From Acanthaster planci (taxonomy: Eukaryota): a DNA stretch of 64,000 bases. Under the pieces are notes generated by a model. That model saw nothing but the letters and a program-made list of their open reading frames with translations, ran no database searches and was not told the DNA's origin. Position 1 is the stretch's first letter. Each line of letters starts with the position of its first letter. The stretch is from positions 930,789 through 994,788 of the forward strand of contig NW_019091356.1 in assembly GCF_001949145.1 (NCBI RefSeq), read 5' to 3'. Positions 41,401-53,430 of the stretch are shown here, piece after piece. A program made the translations under genes and the position numbers.

Positions 41401-44400
41401 CTGTTATCAAGTAAGAACAGACGCATCACGCGAAATTTGCAGTTTCACATTGAAATTGCATTCTGGAATTTTAGATGCTTGTTTCAAGAAAATTTTTGCA
41501 AATTGAAAGCGTGATCCTTAATCACTTTTTCCAAAATACCTTTCAACAGAAACACGAGCAGATTTGAATCATTTAGTTACAGGAATACATCAAACTTTGT
41601 TACTAAGAGCACTGTTAAAACAAGATTCTGCTTGAAACAAAGAAATTTTTAGGATCATAATACTTGGTTCTTCCTTGTTTTTATTTCTGATTATACAAGG
41701 TTCCTGTTATAACAAGGTAATCTGTGAAGTCCGAAGGATTGCTTATCAACGAGGGTTTGAGTGTACTTTAGTAAGTGCTTGTTAAATGTCAAGGACTGTC
41801 TGGCTGTTTGTTTTTTCATGCAGCGGGCCTTTGGGCAGTCTTAACCTTGGGCTACGGGTCAAGAGGTCATAAACCAGAGCCTGAGGACAGGGGGCTGTTA
41901 GCCAATCAGAGCCTTCTGCTGCTGATGGTTCTGACCAATCATTACACACACGACAAAGGTGTGCACAACCCGTATCGGATTGCTCTCTGCATGTTTTCAA
42001 ATTCGCAAGGTAAGCCAAGCCAGCCAGCCTGCTGTTACTTTGCATGTATATCTTGATGTCCTTGAACAGAAGTACAAAGAAAAATGGCATAAATTTATTT
42101 CCTCCGTGCGGTTAGACTTCGGTAGATTTCAGAATCTCTTCGGCAAGTGTACTTATAGACGTACTTATAGAAATACGCTCAAATTATTATTATTTTTTTT
42201 GGCCATTGGTGTTTGATGAGGTCAGCTCTTTTTGCTCAAGATCGTCGTGCTTTTTTTCTTTCAACACATCAGACGGGGGTACACCAGGGGCTTTGGTGCC
42301 TCCGTTCAAGACCAACTTTGCCAATCTCTACGATGCTTTCTGTAGCCATCTCAAAGAGGACCAAGCCACCTTGCTCCTGTATTCCCTCCTGCATCAGAAC
42401 CTGAACTTCAGGACCTACATCCTGTCCAAGACAAACATAGACCAACTGGTGAGCTTCGATTAGTCTCATAATCACCATGTGAATATTTGAAAATCCAGAT
42501 AACATGAGCCAGTTCTCCACAAAATTTTCAAAGACTCCAGCTCTGTCCGTCTTTTTCTAAACTCCAGTCACCCCGAGAACTTTGCGCAATCAATTTTTAC
42601 CGAGGAAAGGTTCACCATTTAATATTTCAGGTTGAGCATCTTTAGTAGCAGAGAAAGTAGAATGATTTTTGTGGGATTATTTGGTGTAAAAAGTTATTTT
42701 CCAATTTAAAGTTGGGCAACCGACCCCAACAAGCTTGTCAGTTGAGTGGTAAGACATCTTCTTCATTAGCGAGTAGGAGGTTGTGAGTTTGAGTTTAACC
42801 CAAGTGAGTTTGCCCCCAAAAAAGAGTGAAATAAACTGATCTTCTCTAATGGGCAAAACCAGACTAGTTTCCATGTTTCCATCTCTACTTCTCTTTTGTC
42901 ACCGTGTTCTTGATGCAGGTGATACCCCTTCTAAAAATCTTGTACTACGCCCAAGATCGCAACTTTCATCACATTTACATGGCGCTCATAGTGCTGCTTA
43001 TTCTCAGCGAAGACGACGCGTTCAACAAGAGTGTTCATGAACTGGTGAGTGCGTGGTAGTAGGTTGTGGTATGAGGTGGCAGTGATGTAATCGAGTCCAT
43101 CATGGGTCCAGTCACCAGACCAGTTACAAGTCCAGTCACATGGGTGGAAGATGGCAGAAGGATGTTTTTGTCACAGTTTGTTTGAATAGGGGCTTTGCGT
43201 GGTAGCCATCTTGCAGGACAGTTGTTGCGAGGCAACCTCCTTTGTGCATACTTGTGGAATAAAAGCACTGGCCTGCAAGATGGCAGCCATGCAAACCTTC
43301 CATAGCTTGTACCTTGGCTGTAGACTGATTTGTGATTTACTGGTAAGGACTATTGATGGACTTGACCACAACACTGTGGTATGGACAGCACACGGGAACT
43401 CTAGAGGAAACAGTTTGGCTTTCTGTACTCTGGATAGTCAAAGAATTATGTCCAATGAGAAATTTAACCAAAGGGGGTATCCGCCCAACATGTCCAATTG
43501 TTATACACACTCTGGACTATTTTTACCTAACACATCCCCCCCCATCTGAAAAGAATTCCTCAGATTCCAGTGAGACAATGACCAACACAAAGCGGGGGGG
43601 GGGTTCTTTCCATCTTATAATATCATATCTTGCTTCATATGCAAGGAAGATCACATGAGTGCCTAGTGTGATGTGTATGTATGAGTAACACAGTGTTTAT
43701 AGCAGAATGTGCACAAAAGGAAAGTCGAGGAAGAACACGTCAGTGCCCAGTGGGTTGAGTATGTATGAGTGACAACGTTTTTACAGCAGAATTTGCACAA
43801 AAGGAAAGTCAAGGAAGAACACGTCAGTGCCCAGTGGGTTGAATATGTATGAGTGACACAGTGTTTACAGCAGAATGTGCACAAAAGGAAAGTCGAGGAA
43901 GAACACGTCAGTGCCCAGTGGGTTGAATATGTATGAGTGACACAGTGTTTACAAAAAGAGTGTCTGCCGCCCTACAATTGTACAGTTCTACCTCTTGCGC
44001 ATCAATACTATTTGGTCCCTGCTTTTACCTCAACCAGGTGGTCAAGAACATCACTTGGTACACAGAGCGAAACATCTCTGAGATAACCCTAGGGGGTCTC
44101 ATTGTGCTGGTCAGTATTCGGACCATACAGTACAACATGACAGGCATGAGGGTAGGTACTCTGTCTCAATTACCAACAGCCTCAGATTTGTTTAATTGAC
44201 GGTGAACATCACAAGCTATCACGTCACAGTGATATGAACACAAAGTGGCAATTTTTCCTCAATTTAATATTGCTTAATTTGGGCATTCTCTGAGAAGTCA
44301 ATATTTTAAGCCAAAGTGACTAAAACATCTGAGATTTAGTATATGTGGCATTTTGTTGCCAAGTCCAGACTGGGGTCATCTCAGGTCATGATAGGAGCCC

Positions 44401-47400
44401 GAGACTTTGACGCAAATCCAAAGTCAGAAAGAGCATCCTGTGGCTACGATGACGAGTAGGGTTACACAAGTAGAAATTATTCAGTTGGGAAATTGCTTGC
44501 TCATAGGTGGATTGTATTCAGGAGAGGGATCCATTGTCAAGGTAGATCCAACTTTGTTCCTGTCTTTGTAGTTCAGATTTGAGCCCCACCTGAGTCACCT
44601 TACTAAGTCATACAGATCTGTTCTGTATGACAGTGCAACTTACATGACTACTTTTTGCCAAATGTCTAGGTTATTTATACTGAGATTTGCAAGACACCGT
44701 GCTCATGTAATATTGCTGCGTGTTTGTGGTTTATTCCTTGGAAAAAAAAAACTTATGCCAGTGGATCTAAGCAAACCATTTGACAGAAGATGAAGTTGAA
44801 AAATGGTTTGTTTGAGAAGTGTATGAAGCCTTCATAGGAACATCCATAAGCTCAACTGCGAACTGAACAATGAACACACAATCTCAACTGGTCTACCTTG
44901 GTGGGAATCGAACCACTGACACACATTCTGCATTTGAAAACACTTCAGTGTTCCAAGTTAGCTTTTCATCCATTGACAAAGTCCCTATGAAGAATTCATG
45001 GCTATCTGGTAGCCTCATCAAAAAATTCATCACACCTAAGTAAGAATCGCCTGTCACGGATTCCTGTCAGAAATGAAAGGAAGTGATTTTGGTTAATTAC
45101 AAAGAGAGAAATTGTTCCATAGTTACAGCATTGGGCACAAACTGAGTCATGTTGTGAGGTGAGGGGGACTTTCTGAATGGATTATGGTAGGATTTTCTGT
45201 GATGGTTTGTGACAGATGCAAATCCTTACGGAGCCTTTTATGTAATTGTTGAACTTTATACTTGTCTTTCTGAGTTACTAAGGTGTAGCATGATGGCGAG
45301 CAATCACTTACAAACAGCACTAGTCATATCAAAGTCTGCGATCATCAAATGCAAAAATAATCAAAATCAAACCAAACAAAACAAAATACCCTAAAAAAAA
45401 AACAACCCTTTGATCGTTTCCTTCATCCTCATTTTTCTGTTTTTGTCAGTGTTTTAAAGATGTTGGCGTCGGTCGACATTAAAGCCAAGCATGTTGACGT
45501 CCTTCACATATTCCTTTGTGGTCTTGTTAATGTTTGAAATTCCATGTGTAGCTTTGCTATGACGAGCTTCCGTTGTTTTCCCAATTAGTGTGAACTTTGC
45601 TCCAATCTGATTAAGAATTCATTTCAGGCGCTTTTTTCTGGATGTTTTTCCAAACTAATTTCCAGCTTGTCAAACAGAGTTTCCCTGACAAGACCTTAAC
45701 AATCTCAGTGTTGAGGATTGGAGGACAGAAACTACTGAAAAATACCAGAAAAAGTTAGTTTCTCGCTGGTGTCTGATTGTTATTTCTTAGTTATTTTCCC
45801 CCATTAATTGTTAAATGCAAGGCTTTTTTGCAGATGCCGTCATTTTGTTAGTGACTGTGAAAAACCTTCCCTTATTCCCCCAAAAAACATCAGAGCCAGT
45901 GAGTCTGGAAGAAAATGAGGTACTTCCTCCCTCCTTCCAGGTTGTTGAAAAGAATGTTCAGAATTTTGAAAAATGATCCACCTTTAGCCTCAGCTGTGAG
46001 GTGAACTCCCACCTCTCCCAATTTGTTCATATCATCATTGATCTTGTATTTCCGGTGTTTGAATGGATCTTCCCCTGCCGCAAACAGATCCAACAAGCAC
46101 CCGAGGTCCCTGTTCGCACCCATCCAGACTTGGTGTCTCCAGTTGACAATATCATGATCCATTGCCCCGCTCCCCTGGCCCACCAGGTGACTCTCAAGAG
46201 AAGAAGGTCGGTGCCGTCGCCTGTCGTAAAAATGTTCCCATCACGTCAGCCCATGAGCCAGCCAGTCTGCTCAGGTGATTCGATTATGATGATTTAACCT
46301 CCACCGTGTGCGATCCTCTCTTAATCAGCTGGATTACGGTGCGCCCTTCCACCGGGGTGCACCAGTGTCAGACCTTCCTGTGCTAAGAGTGTCACCTCAC
46401 AGCTACCTGCTCAGTTCTGCTGCGTCACCCTGGTGATGGGGTTTGGATAGTTTTCAGCAGCCCACCTCATCTCCAAGATCAGACTTTCTGACGACAGGTT
46501 GTCAGGTGGCGTCATCGTTATCGTACCGGCTGTCCGGTTACCAAATTATTTGATCCGGGGGGGGGAGGAAGATTGAGAAAAAATGGTGTCGTGTTATAGT
46601 AGCTTCTCTACTTTCTCCTGACCTCGTCAACTTCCATCTCTACAAGTTTCTTGTGGGCTGCCCCTTGTTGATTACATGTGACTTGTCGTGTCCATTGATG
46701 GCAGATTTGGCGTAAGTCATTGGTCAAGTAGGTGCCTTGTCATTGGTTTTCATGCTTGTCTATGTTTAAATGTGATCAACTCATTAACAGTGGTCATTGA
46801 TCAGTCACTAGGTGTAGGGATGTTGATCCTGCTGGACATCTTTGAAGGTTCTTTGGAAGAGAGGGTCTTGTAATGATAGCAGAGGATATAATTTATATCC
46901 AATCATAGGTGAAAACATGCAGGATGAAAACATACAGGGGAACATTGGATTCCCAAAAACGATATCGCGTGAAATTTGGGTCCCGTGAACAAGGAGAAAA
47001 TGTCAGATGATGGTCTCTTCTAGTTAGGGCAAATTACTCCCTTTTCCAAAATCGTCAGGCAATCTTGCGGTTTTGATGGTCGTCTAAACCATTTAAGGGT
47101 TGGCGACAGTTGAGCTGGGGGGGTACTCCCAAGACGTTGCATCGGGGCAATGACTTGGCAGAGTTCCTCCCAGAATTTGTTAAAGCAGCAGTTGCTTGGT
47201 ATTTTCATGACAGGAAAAAGTGTAAGGAGAAGCCTCGAGAAATGTTCAGTGACATGGCAGTGGGGAAATCTTAATTGATGTTGATGAAGATCCTCATGGA
47301 AACGCAAAGTGGCTAGAACTTACTTCAAATTCTTGCTCAAGTTGGGTTCTAACTTCCCTCATGAGGCAGAGGAGTGGATTATTTATATACTGTTGTGCTT

Positions 47401-50400
47401 TCTTTATTCTTCTACGGAAAGCAGAAAAATGTTAAACTTGACTATGAACTGTTTCTTTTGAGAAGGTGATTTATTATGCCACCAACTGTTCTTTTAGGGA
47501 TTGTCCAAGACACAGTCTTCAATCTTTTGTGTTACACTTTGCTTTGTTCACTATAATCTTGTCACGTTCATTGCGAAGTGGTTTTAGGATGCTAGGTAAC
47601 AGCTTGCTTTGCCTTTAAGCCATGCCCACGACAGAACTGTGGGATGTTGGGTGGAATCACTTCTCAGTCACTGACGCAGACTTGGCGTCTTCTGCAGGCT
47701 TGTTAGCACAAAACTCCAAATGAGCTGCGACGTGCGGTTAATCCGGCTGGGATATGTGCGTCAGCTGGCTTATCGGGCTGTCTCTGTACATCACAGTCAT
47801 TTTTCAGGTGTGGTACAGGGAGTGCGAGAGACTTTGTGTGACAACGAGGTACCAATCCAAACTGTAGGTAATGTAGTTGTCATGGAGACCACCCCCAGGC
47901 AAGTTGGGGGGGGAAACAATCAAAAGATTAACCTGGCTAGTATTTTAGCAAGTAGCAACTTTCCAAGTTGGCTAAAGTGTCAGCTTTGGATAATAAACTT
48001 CACAGAAGTCTAGCGGGTATCTGCCCATTGGAGGAAGAGAGCAGTTTACTTAGCGAGTCATTGAGTAATGAAGTTGTGACATGCAGCTAACCTGGCTGGG
48101 GTGATTTGTGCGTCTACTTGCTCATAATTGGGCTGTCTCTACATTACGGTCAGCTTTCGGGTGTGGTACACAGAGTGCGAGATGCTTCGTGCCACAACTA
48201 GGGACAGATCTAAGCTCTGAGTGATGTGATTATCCTGGAGACCAACCCTCAGGAAGATGGAGGGGAAAACAGCTGAAAAAACAAAACTGGCTTGTAGTTT
48301 AGCAAGCAGCAACTTCCAAGTTGGCAAAAAGCAGGCAAGAGTGTTTGCTTGAAGTGAAAGACTCAGTCAAGGTGTCAGACCCGGTCAGAAGGCTGCACTG
48401 AAATCTATTGTCTAGGCCTTTGCCTATTGAAAATACGCAAGAGACACATGGTCAACAGATAACCGATGCAGCCATAGCTCTGGAAGCCCACTTGGGACAT
48501 GGTCTCATGAAAACATGCTAGCTACATGTACACAAGAATGCAAGAACTACACCAGCCAACAATCACACAAGCTTTGAGATAAATTTAAGCCAAGTATGGA
48601 GAAATGTGAGATGTTTTCAGATATTTGTAAGCCAGGAGAAAATGCCACAAAAACAAAACTTTCTAACAGTCTCATCTACGGTTTTATGTTGCTGCACAGG
48701 TAAATTTTGATCCTTTCTGTTACATGTAAGAAGACAAACCAGACAGGTCCACAAATTGAATTATAATTTTCATGGAAAATTGGAGGACGATTTTAGAATT
48801 CACCCTCGTCACAAACATTTTTTGAGAAGGCCCTGTCTTCATGCTCTATCAGCCAGCTGACAAGTTGAGTAACTCCCACTCCAGGGGGAGTAAGGCGGCC
48901 AACTTGCAAAGCCAACCCCAGTCACTCTCGAACGCCAGGGCTTCTGCAGATATGGCATTTGATTTCTAACTTCCTCCTCTAAATTGAGGGCGGGCCCCAC
49001 AGCAGAGTACGCTGCAACTTTGTGGGGAGGGGGGGTTGGACCGTCTATTTAATTTTAATGAGGCAAATAGTCTTCACCCTCTGACATTCCCTCCAGAGAA
49101 ATGAAGGATAGCAGGAATTTCCGGTACGCATATGGCCTATTATGTAAGTGAATAGCAGAGGGGAAGGCTGGTTTCAATGTTTCAAATTTTTATGTCAAAT
49201 TTGTAAGAACTAACACACAAATCCAATCATTGCCTTTGTTTTTGAGTGTTCAAGCGGTCTCAACAAAGATTTCACACTATAATGATAGGGCTTCAAGAGA
49301 AGGATTTGTCCGGAGTAAATGCATTCAGAGGTTTTGCAAACACTGTCAATTCACAGTTTAAAGGGAAGAAGTTTAACGATACTCACTTCACAGGGTATCT
49401 GAAAATGCCACAAGCAAACTATTATTGTTGGCTTTATGAAAGTCATAATCCCATCGAAATATTCACGTGGTTACGTATTCTGAGAGAGTTCGTTGGGATC
49501 TTTAGGGATTTTTTGAGCCAAAAATAAACTCTTAAACATGTTTTTAAACATACTCATGAAGTGCATCTCAGTATGCTCACTTGAACATTCCTTCTGTTTG
49601 CTCCGTCAAACATTGTATGTCGGTTATTGTTTTGCTGTGTCAATGTTACGTTGTTTCTCCAGTTTTGTAGCTTAACTTGTTTCTTAATCTTTCTAAAAAA
49701 GCTCCCTCAATATATTACTCCGTCCCCTCCCTGACAAAAAAGTTGATTAAAGAGGAAAGTACAATAAATACACCGAGGCAATAAAGAGAGACCGTGCCGC
49801 CCATAAGCACAAATTGAGTTATAGGTTTGTCTTCAGGCTCAAATACCATCGGGCTGGTGGGTGTTGCTGGATCAGTCTGTTCACGCCAGGCTGTCTTTTG
49901 CCTGGGGACGGCAGGGAAATGGGGGGGGGGGTGGGGGCTTACCACATTGCAGGCACCTGGGGAATCATCACAGTTTACTCTGGTAATTAACTCCAGCTGG
50001 CTGAGTTAGCGCTTTAAAAAAAAAATCGTTTGCCTCAGTGTATGTTGCTAGTCGTTTCTTACTGGTAGCCGCAGTTTGTGGGACTGAGCATGCCAAGTTT
50101 GGAGGCAGAGAAAAGGTGGTGTAAAATTAGCTGTAATGTTGTGGGAGGGGATTAATTCATGTTGAAGGATAGTTAATAATTCATGAGTACAGTAGGCATA
50201 AATTTGCATATTTTGTCAGTTGAGGGATTATGTAGCTGTTATTATGATGACCCCCTCACGGATCAAGGGTCGGCAGATTCCATAAGGTACATTCGTAATA
50301 GAAACTCTTACCATTGGTTGTTGGATTCAGTGTCTTCAGGGTAACGGCCATAGTATTGTAACACTTTTTCAAATAAGCCAAACGTAATGCAGATTTCGTT

Positions 50401-53400
50401 ACCCCTGATTGGCAGGCTTATACTTTCCTTAATATATATTGAAGGACAGCACTGACGAGCAGGCAGGTGCTTGCCGTGACCAGCTCATGAGTATTCTCTC
50501 TAAAATATTACGTTTAAAACTGAAACCATGTACCTGACATTTTTTTTTAAAAGTCTGTGCAGCCACTTTTTGCTGTCAAAATTAATTTTGCCTTACAACT
50601 TGACTATGATCATTGGGAGTTTTCTTAGGTTCCAAGAACCTCTCCTCTGGCCTTGTGCGAGGGATGGATGTAAATTTAAGGAGTGGTTATTCCATAGGGT
50701 GGCTGTGAGGCAATGCCTTTGGCTTCAAAGACATTCTTGGCCAGAAGAGAAGAGGATTTCCTTCTGAAAGTAGAAAAGTGGTTGCCAAAAATGAAACAAG
50801 ATATTGATATTAATAGAAACAATTGGTTTTTTTTTTTACTCTGACAGGATAAGTATCTCCACACCAACTGTCTGGCGGCGTTGGCAAACATGTCATCGCA
50901 GTTTCACTCGCTGCATCCTTACGTCACTCAGAGAATAGTCAGGTACCATGCCATTGACGGTATTTCATGTCACTGTCTTCTGACAAGAACTCTGACCAAA
51001 GTTGCCTATTTTGGTGACTATCATACTACTCGGCCTTTGTAGCTCATAACTCAGCCTGTGTTGCTCAAGACTGAAATTGTGACTCATCCCAATACTCGGT
51101 GCATGAGTTTGGTGCCTATGAAACAGAGGATTCAATTTTGTGGTATTCAGAAAAGTCAAATCACAGTCCACAAATCGGGATGGTTTGAGGGTCTATCGTG
51201 CTTTTGACTGGACTGGATAATTGGTAGACATTGGGTTGTGACTTTGATGGCTCGATAAGCGAAACCAGTTGACAGAGATTTCCTCCCACTCATCTTGGCC
51301 CATCAAGGATGTCTCCACAAACTGCCAGACGTCGTTACTTGCAGCGTAATGTGTTCATAAATTTACCATGGGCTTATTCACTGTCAAACCTCTTCCCAAA
51401 AAGATGGGGATCGTTACTGTACCTTTCCTTTCCTGACAGTAATTAGTTTTCCACCAAGAGGAAGGGCACGACATCTGGAGAATTTGGTTTGAAGCTTGCT
51501 CAGAATTAAATCAGTGAAGTTGTCTGATCAGTCCCCCCCCCCGTGTTTGAAAGCTAGGAAATATGCGTGAATATGAAGCGAGATTTTTCCTTCTTGTTGA
51601 TGTGTGTTATACAAGTATATGTAAAAGTGTAACTTTTTTAATAAATCGTGCCAGGTTTGTGATTTCGATCTTGGTGTCGAGTAGCAAAAGGTCAAAGAAC
51701 TCTCTAGAATGGGTCTGATTCACTTTGTACTGACTCAGATAATTTATGCTCCATGGGCTTGGAAGGATTTCAGTGCGACCCCCTTCTCCCCAACCTGATG
51801 GCCGCCATTATTGTTCTAAATCCTTGGCATGCCTGTGTGTTGGCCAGCGTCTATAGTACTCAACCTTACAAGATCCCTAAAGAGGCAAAGTTGAGATTGA
51901 ACGATTTGGGAAAGTTTGGACAAATGTTTGATGATTCCCTTTTTTTTTTCCGCAGCATGTTTGAGTCTCTGACTAAGAAGCATGATCGAATCGTTACCCA
52001 GCTTCGGGAGCGAGCAACAGAGGTCCAGTCTATGGAAGAAGATCCTGAATGCGAGATCCTGGTGAGAGAAACGTCCAATCACAGCCTGACTTCTCCCCGT
52101 TTGTCTTGTATCCCGTGTACGGGAGAAACTCACAACTTTGAACAATTCAAAGATCTTATTTAATCTTTCACGTCCAAGAACAACAAATGATCCAGTTTGT
52201 AAGTGTTCATGTAATGCTGTAACCTGTTTATTTTTGTGCTGCGCAGCTTAATTCTTTCTGAAATTAACAAAACTTAATAAGGCCCAACAGGCAGGATTAG
52301 CAATGACCCTGTGCCCTAATTGTTATGTTCACATTTTAAACACTACATGTTGCTGTCTTATTTCTCTGGTCAGCTTTCCGATCTTGCTGTCTTGGAGGAT
52401 AGCATCCGCATGGTCTTGGAGATCATCAACTCCTGTCTGACTAACATGTTGCCCCACAATCCCCACCTCATCTACACGCTCCTCTACAAGTGCGAGAGGT
52501 TTTCTGGGTTCAAGACGCATGCCAAGTTCTATGACATCATCCAGAATATCGACACAGTAAGTTGTGAGAGTTCGTGTCATCTTTGATTGTATTGCAACCG
52601 AATCATCTTGAATCAAATAGCACCTGACTGACTCGTACAATAGATGTGATAGTGTGACTCACATAAGACAAATCCTCAGGAATTCTCAGCATCCATCCTC
52701 AGGCAACGTGAATTTTCCTGTATTTTAGAATGATTCCTCACATTGCTACTGTCCGTCCAGGTCCTTGCCTATTTCACGCAGAGACTTGAGCAGAATGAGC
52801 ACCACAACTTGACGGTCCACCAAGTGCTCGACATCATCAAGCAGGGCATACTACAGTGGCCTAGAGACCGGCTCCGGGTAGGTGGCATGGAATTAGGGAG
52901 TAGCATGCTTGATCACCTGAACCACAGAGACTCTGCAGTAGTCTGCCGTGGTTCATTGAGATCGAGTGACTTTGAAGGAGGAACAGGAACAAGTCTGTGC
53001 ACCTGCCTCGTGATGAAAATACCAGTGACAATGATGCGCATTTCTCTAATCGAGGTTGTGAGCAAATTATTCAGAGTTTGCTCAAAGTTGTCTTAGAAAA
53101 AAAAATTACAATGTGAGAAAACAAAATATAGGTGTAGGTCCCCCGGGACTGCTTTTAAGAATCATTTTTCATTAGAAGCAGTGTATACAGAGACAAAATG
53201 ACCTTTGAAAACAAAATGAATGCCTTTGTTACTCAAAATCTAAACCTTTTGGAATGAAAATTTCCTCTCCCTTTTTCTCCCAGAAATTTCCAGACCTGAA
53301 ATTCAAATACGTGGAGGAGGACCAGCCAGAGGAATTCTTCATTCCTTACGTGTGGTCTTTGGTCTACCACTCCTCTAACCTATACTGGGATCCAGACAGG

Positions 53401-53430
53401 ATTGAGTTATTCACCCTGAACTCCAGCTAG
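38482..53430 (+). CDS. DYM: Dymeclin, 684 aa
   Basis: 14 exons: 38482-38674, 38986-39079, 39556-39813, 40265-40390, 40764-40897, 41824-42009, 42273-42448, 42919-43044, 44038-44151, 50848-50942, 51956-52061, 52374-52556, 52761-52877, 53284-53430 (2055 nt). Myristoylation-type MGANSS start, [67 protein letters not shown]. Confidence 0.96.
43186..43303. mobile_element. MITE family A copy
   Basis: TTTGCGTGGTAGCCATCTTGCAGG / CCTGCAAGATGGCAGCCATGCAAA inverted arms. Confidence 0.8.
43675..43953. repeat. 84-bp tandem repeat, about 3.3 copies
   Basis: GTATGAGT recurs at 43679, 43763, 43847 and 43931 with near-identical units between. Confidence 0.92.
44845..44925 (-). mobile_element. tRNA-derived SINE fragment
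   Basis: Minus-strand B-box GGTTCGATTCC; no cloverleaf. Confidence 0.4.
45890..46162 (-). CDS. Putative 90-aa orphan protein, antisense inside a DYM intron
   Basis: ATG in strong context (GGGGCAATGG); [90 protein letters not shown]; many C-ending codons (AAC, TTC, TAC, CAC). No family recognised with confidence. Confidence 0.45.
   Translation of the reverse strand: MDHDIVNWRHQVWMGANRDLGCLLDLFAAGEDPFKHRKYKINDDMNKLGEVGVHLTAEAKGGSFFKILNILFNNLEGGRKYLIFFQTHWL
47720..48325. repeat. Diverged direct duplication of a ~250-bp non-coding unit (47720-47972 and 48069-48325)
   Basis: Co-linear shared blocks GGGCTGTCTCT, GGTGTGGTACA, GAGTGCGAGA, GGAGACCA and TTTAGCAAG.AGCAACTT..CCAAGTTGGC. Confidence 0.8.
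49715..49849 (-). CDS. Putative 44-aa single-pass membrane micropeptide, antisense inside a DYM intron
   Basis: [44 protein letters not shown]; long uncharged hydrophobic segment; the ATG lies just downstream of a pyrimidine-rich minus-strand acceptor (exon start 49901). Confidence 0.35.
   Translation of the reverse strand: MVFEPEDKPITQFVLMGGTVSLYCLGVFIVLSSLINFFVREGTE

Noticed and set aside
47720..47760. CACGTCGCAG resembling the CPEB3/HDV-like ribozyme, or twister-like motifs
   Set aside because: The required P3/P1 pairings and conserved core residues could not be built.
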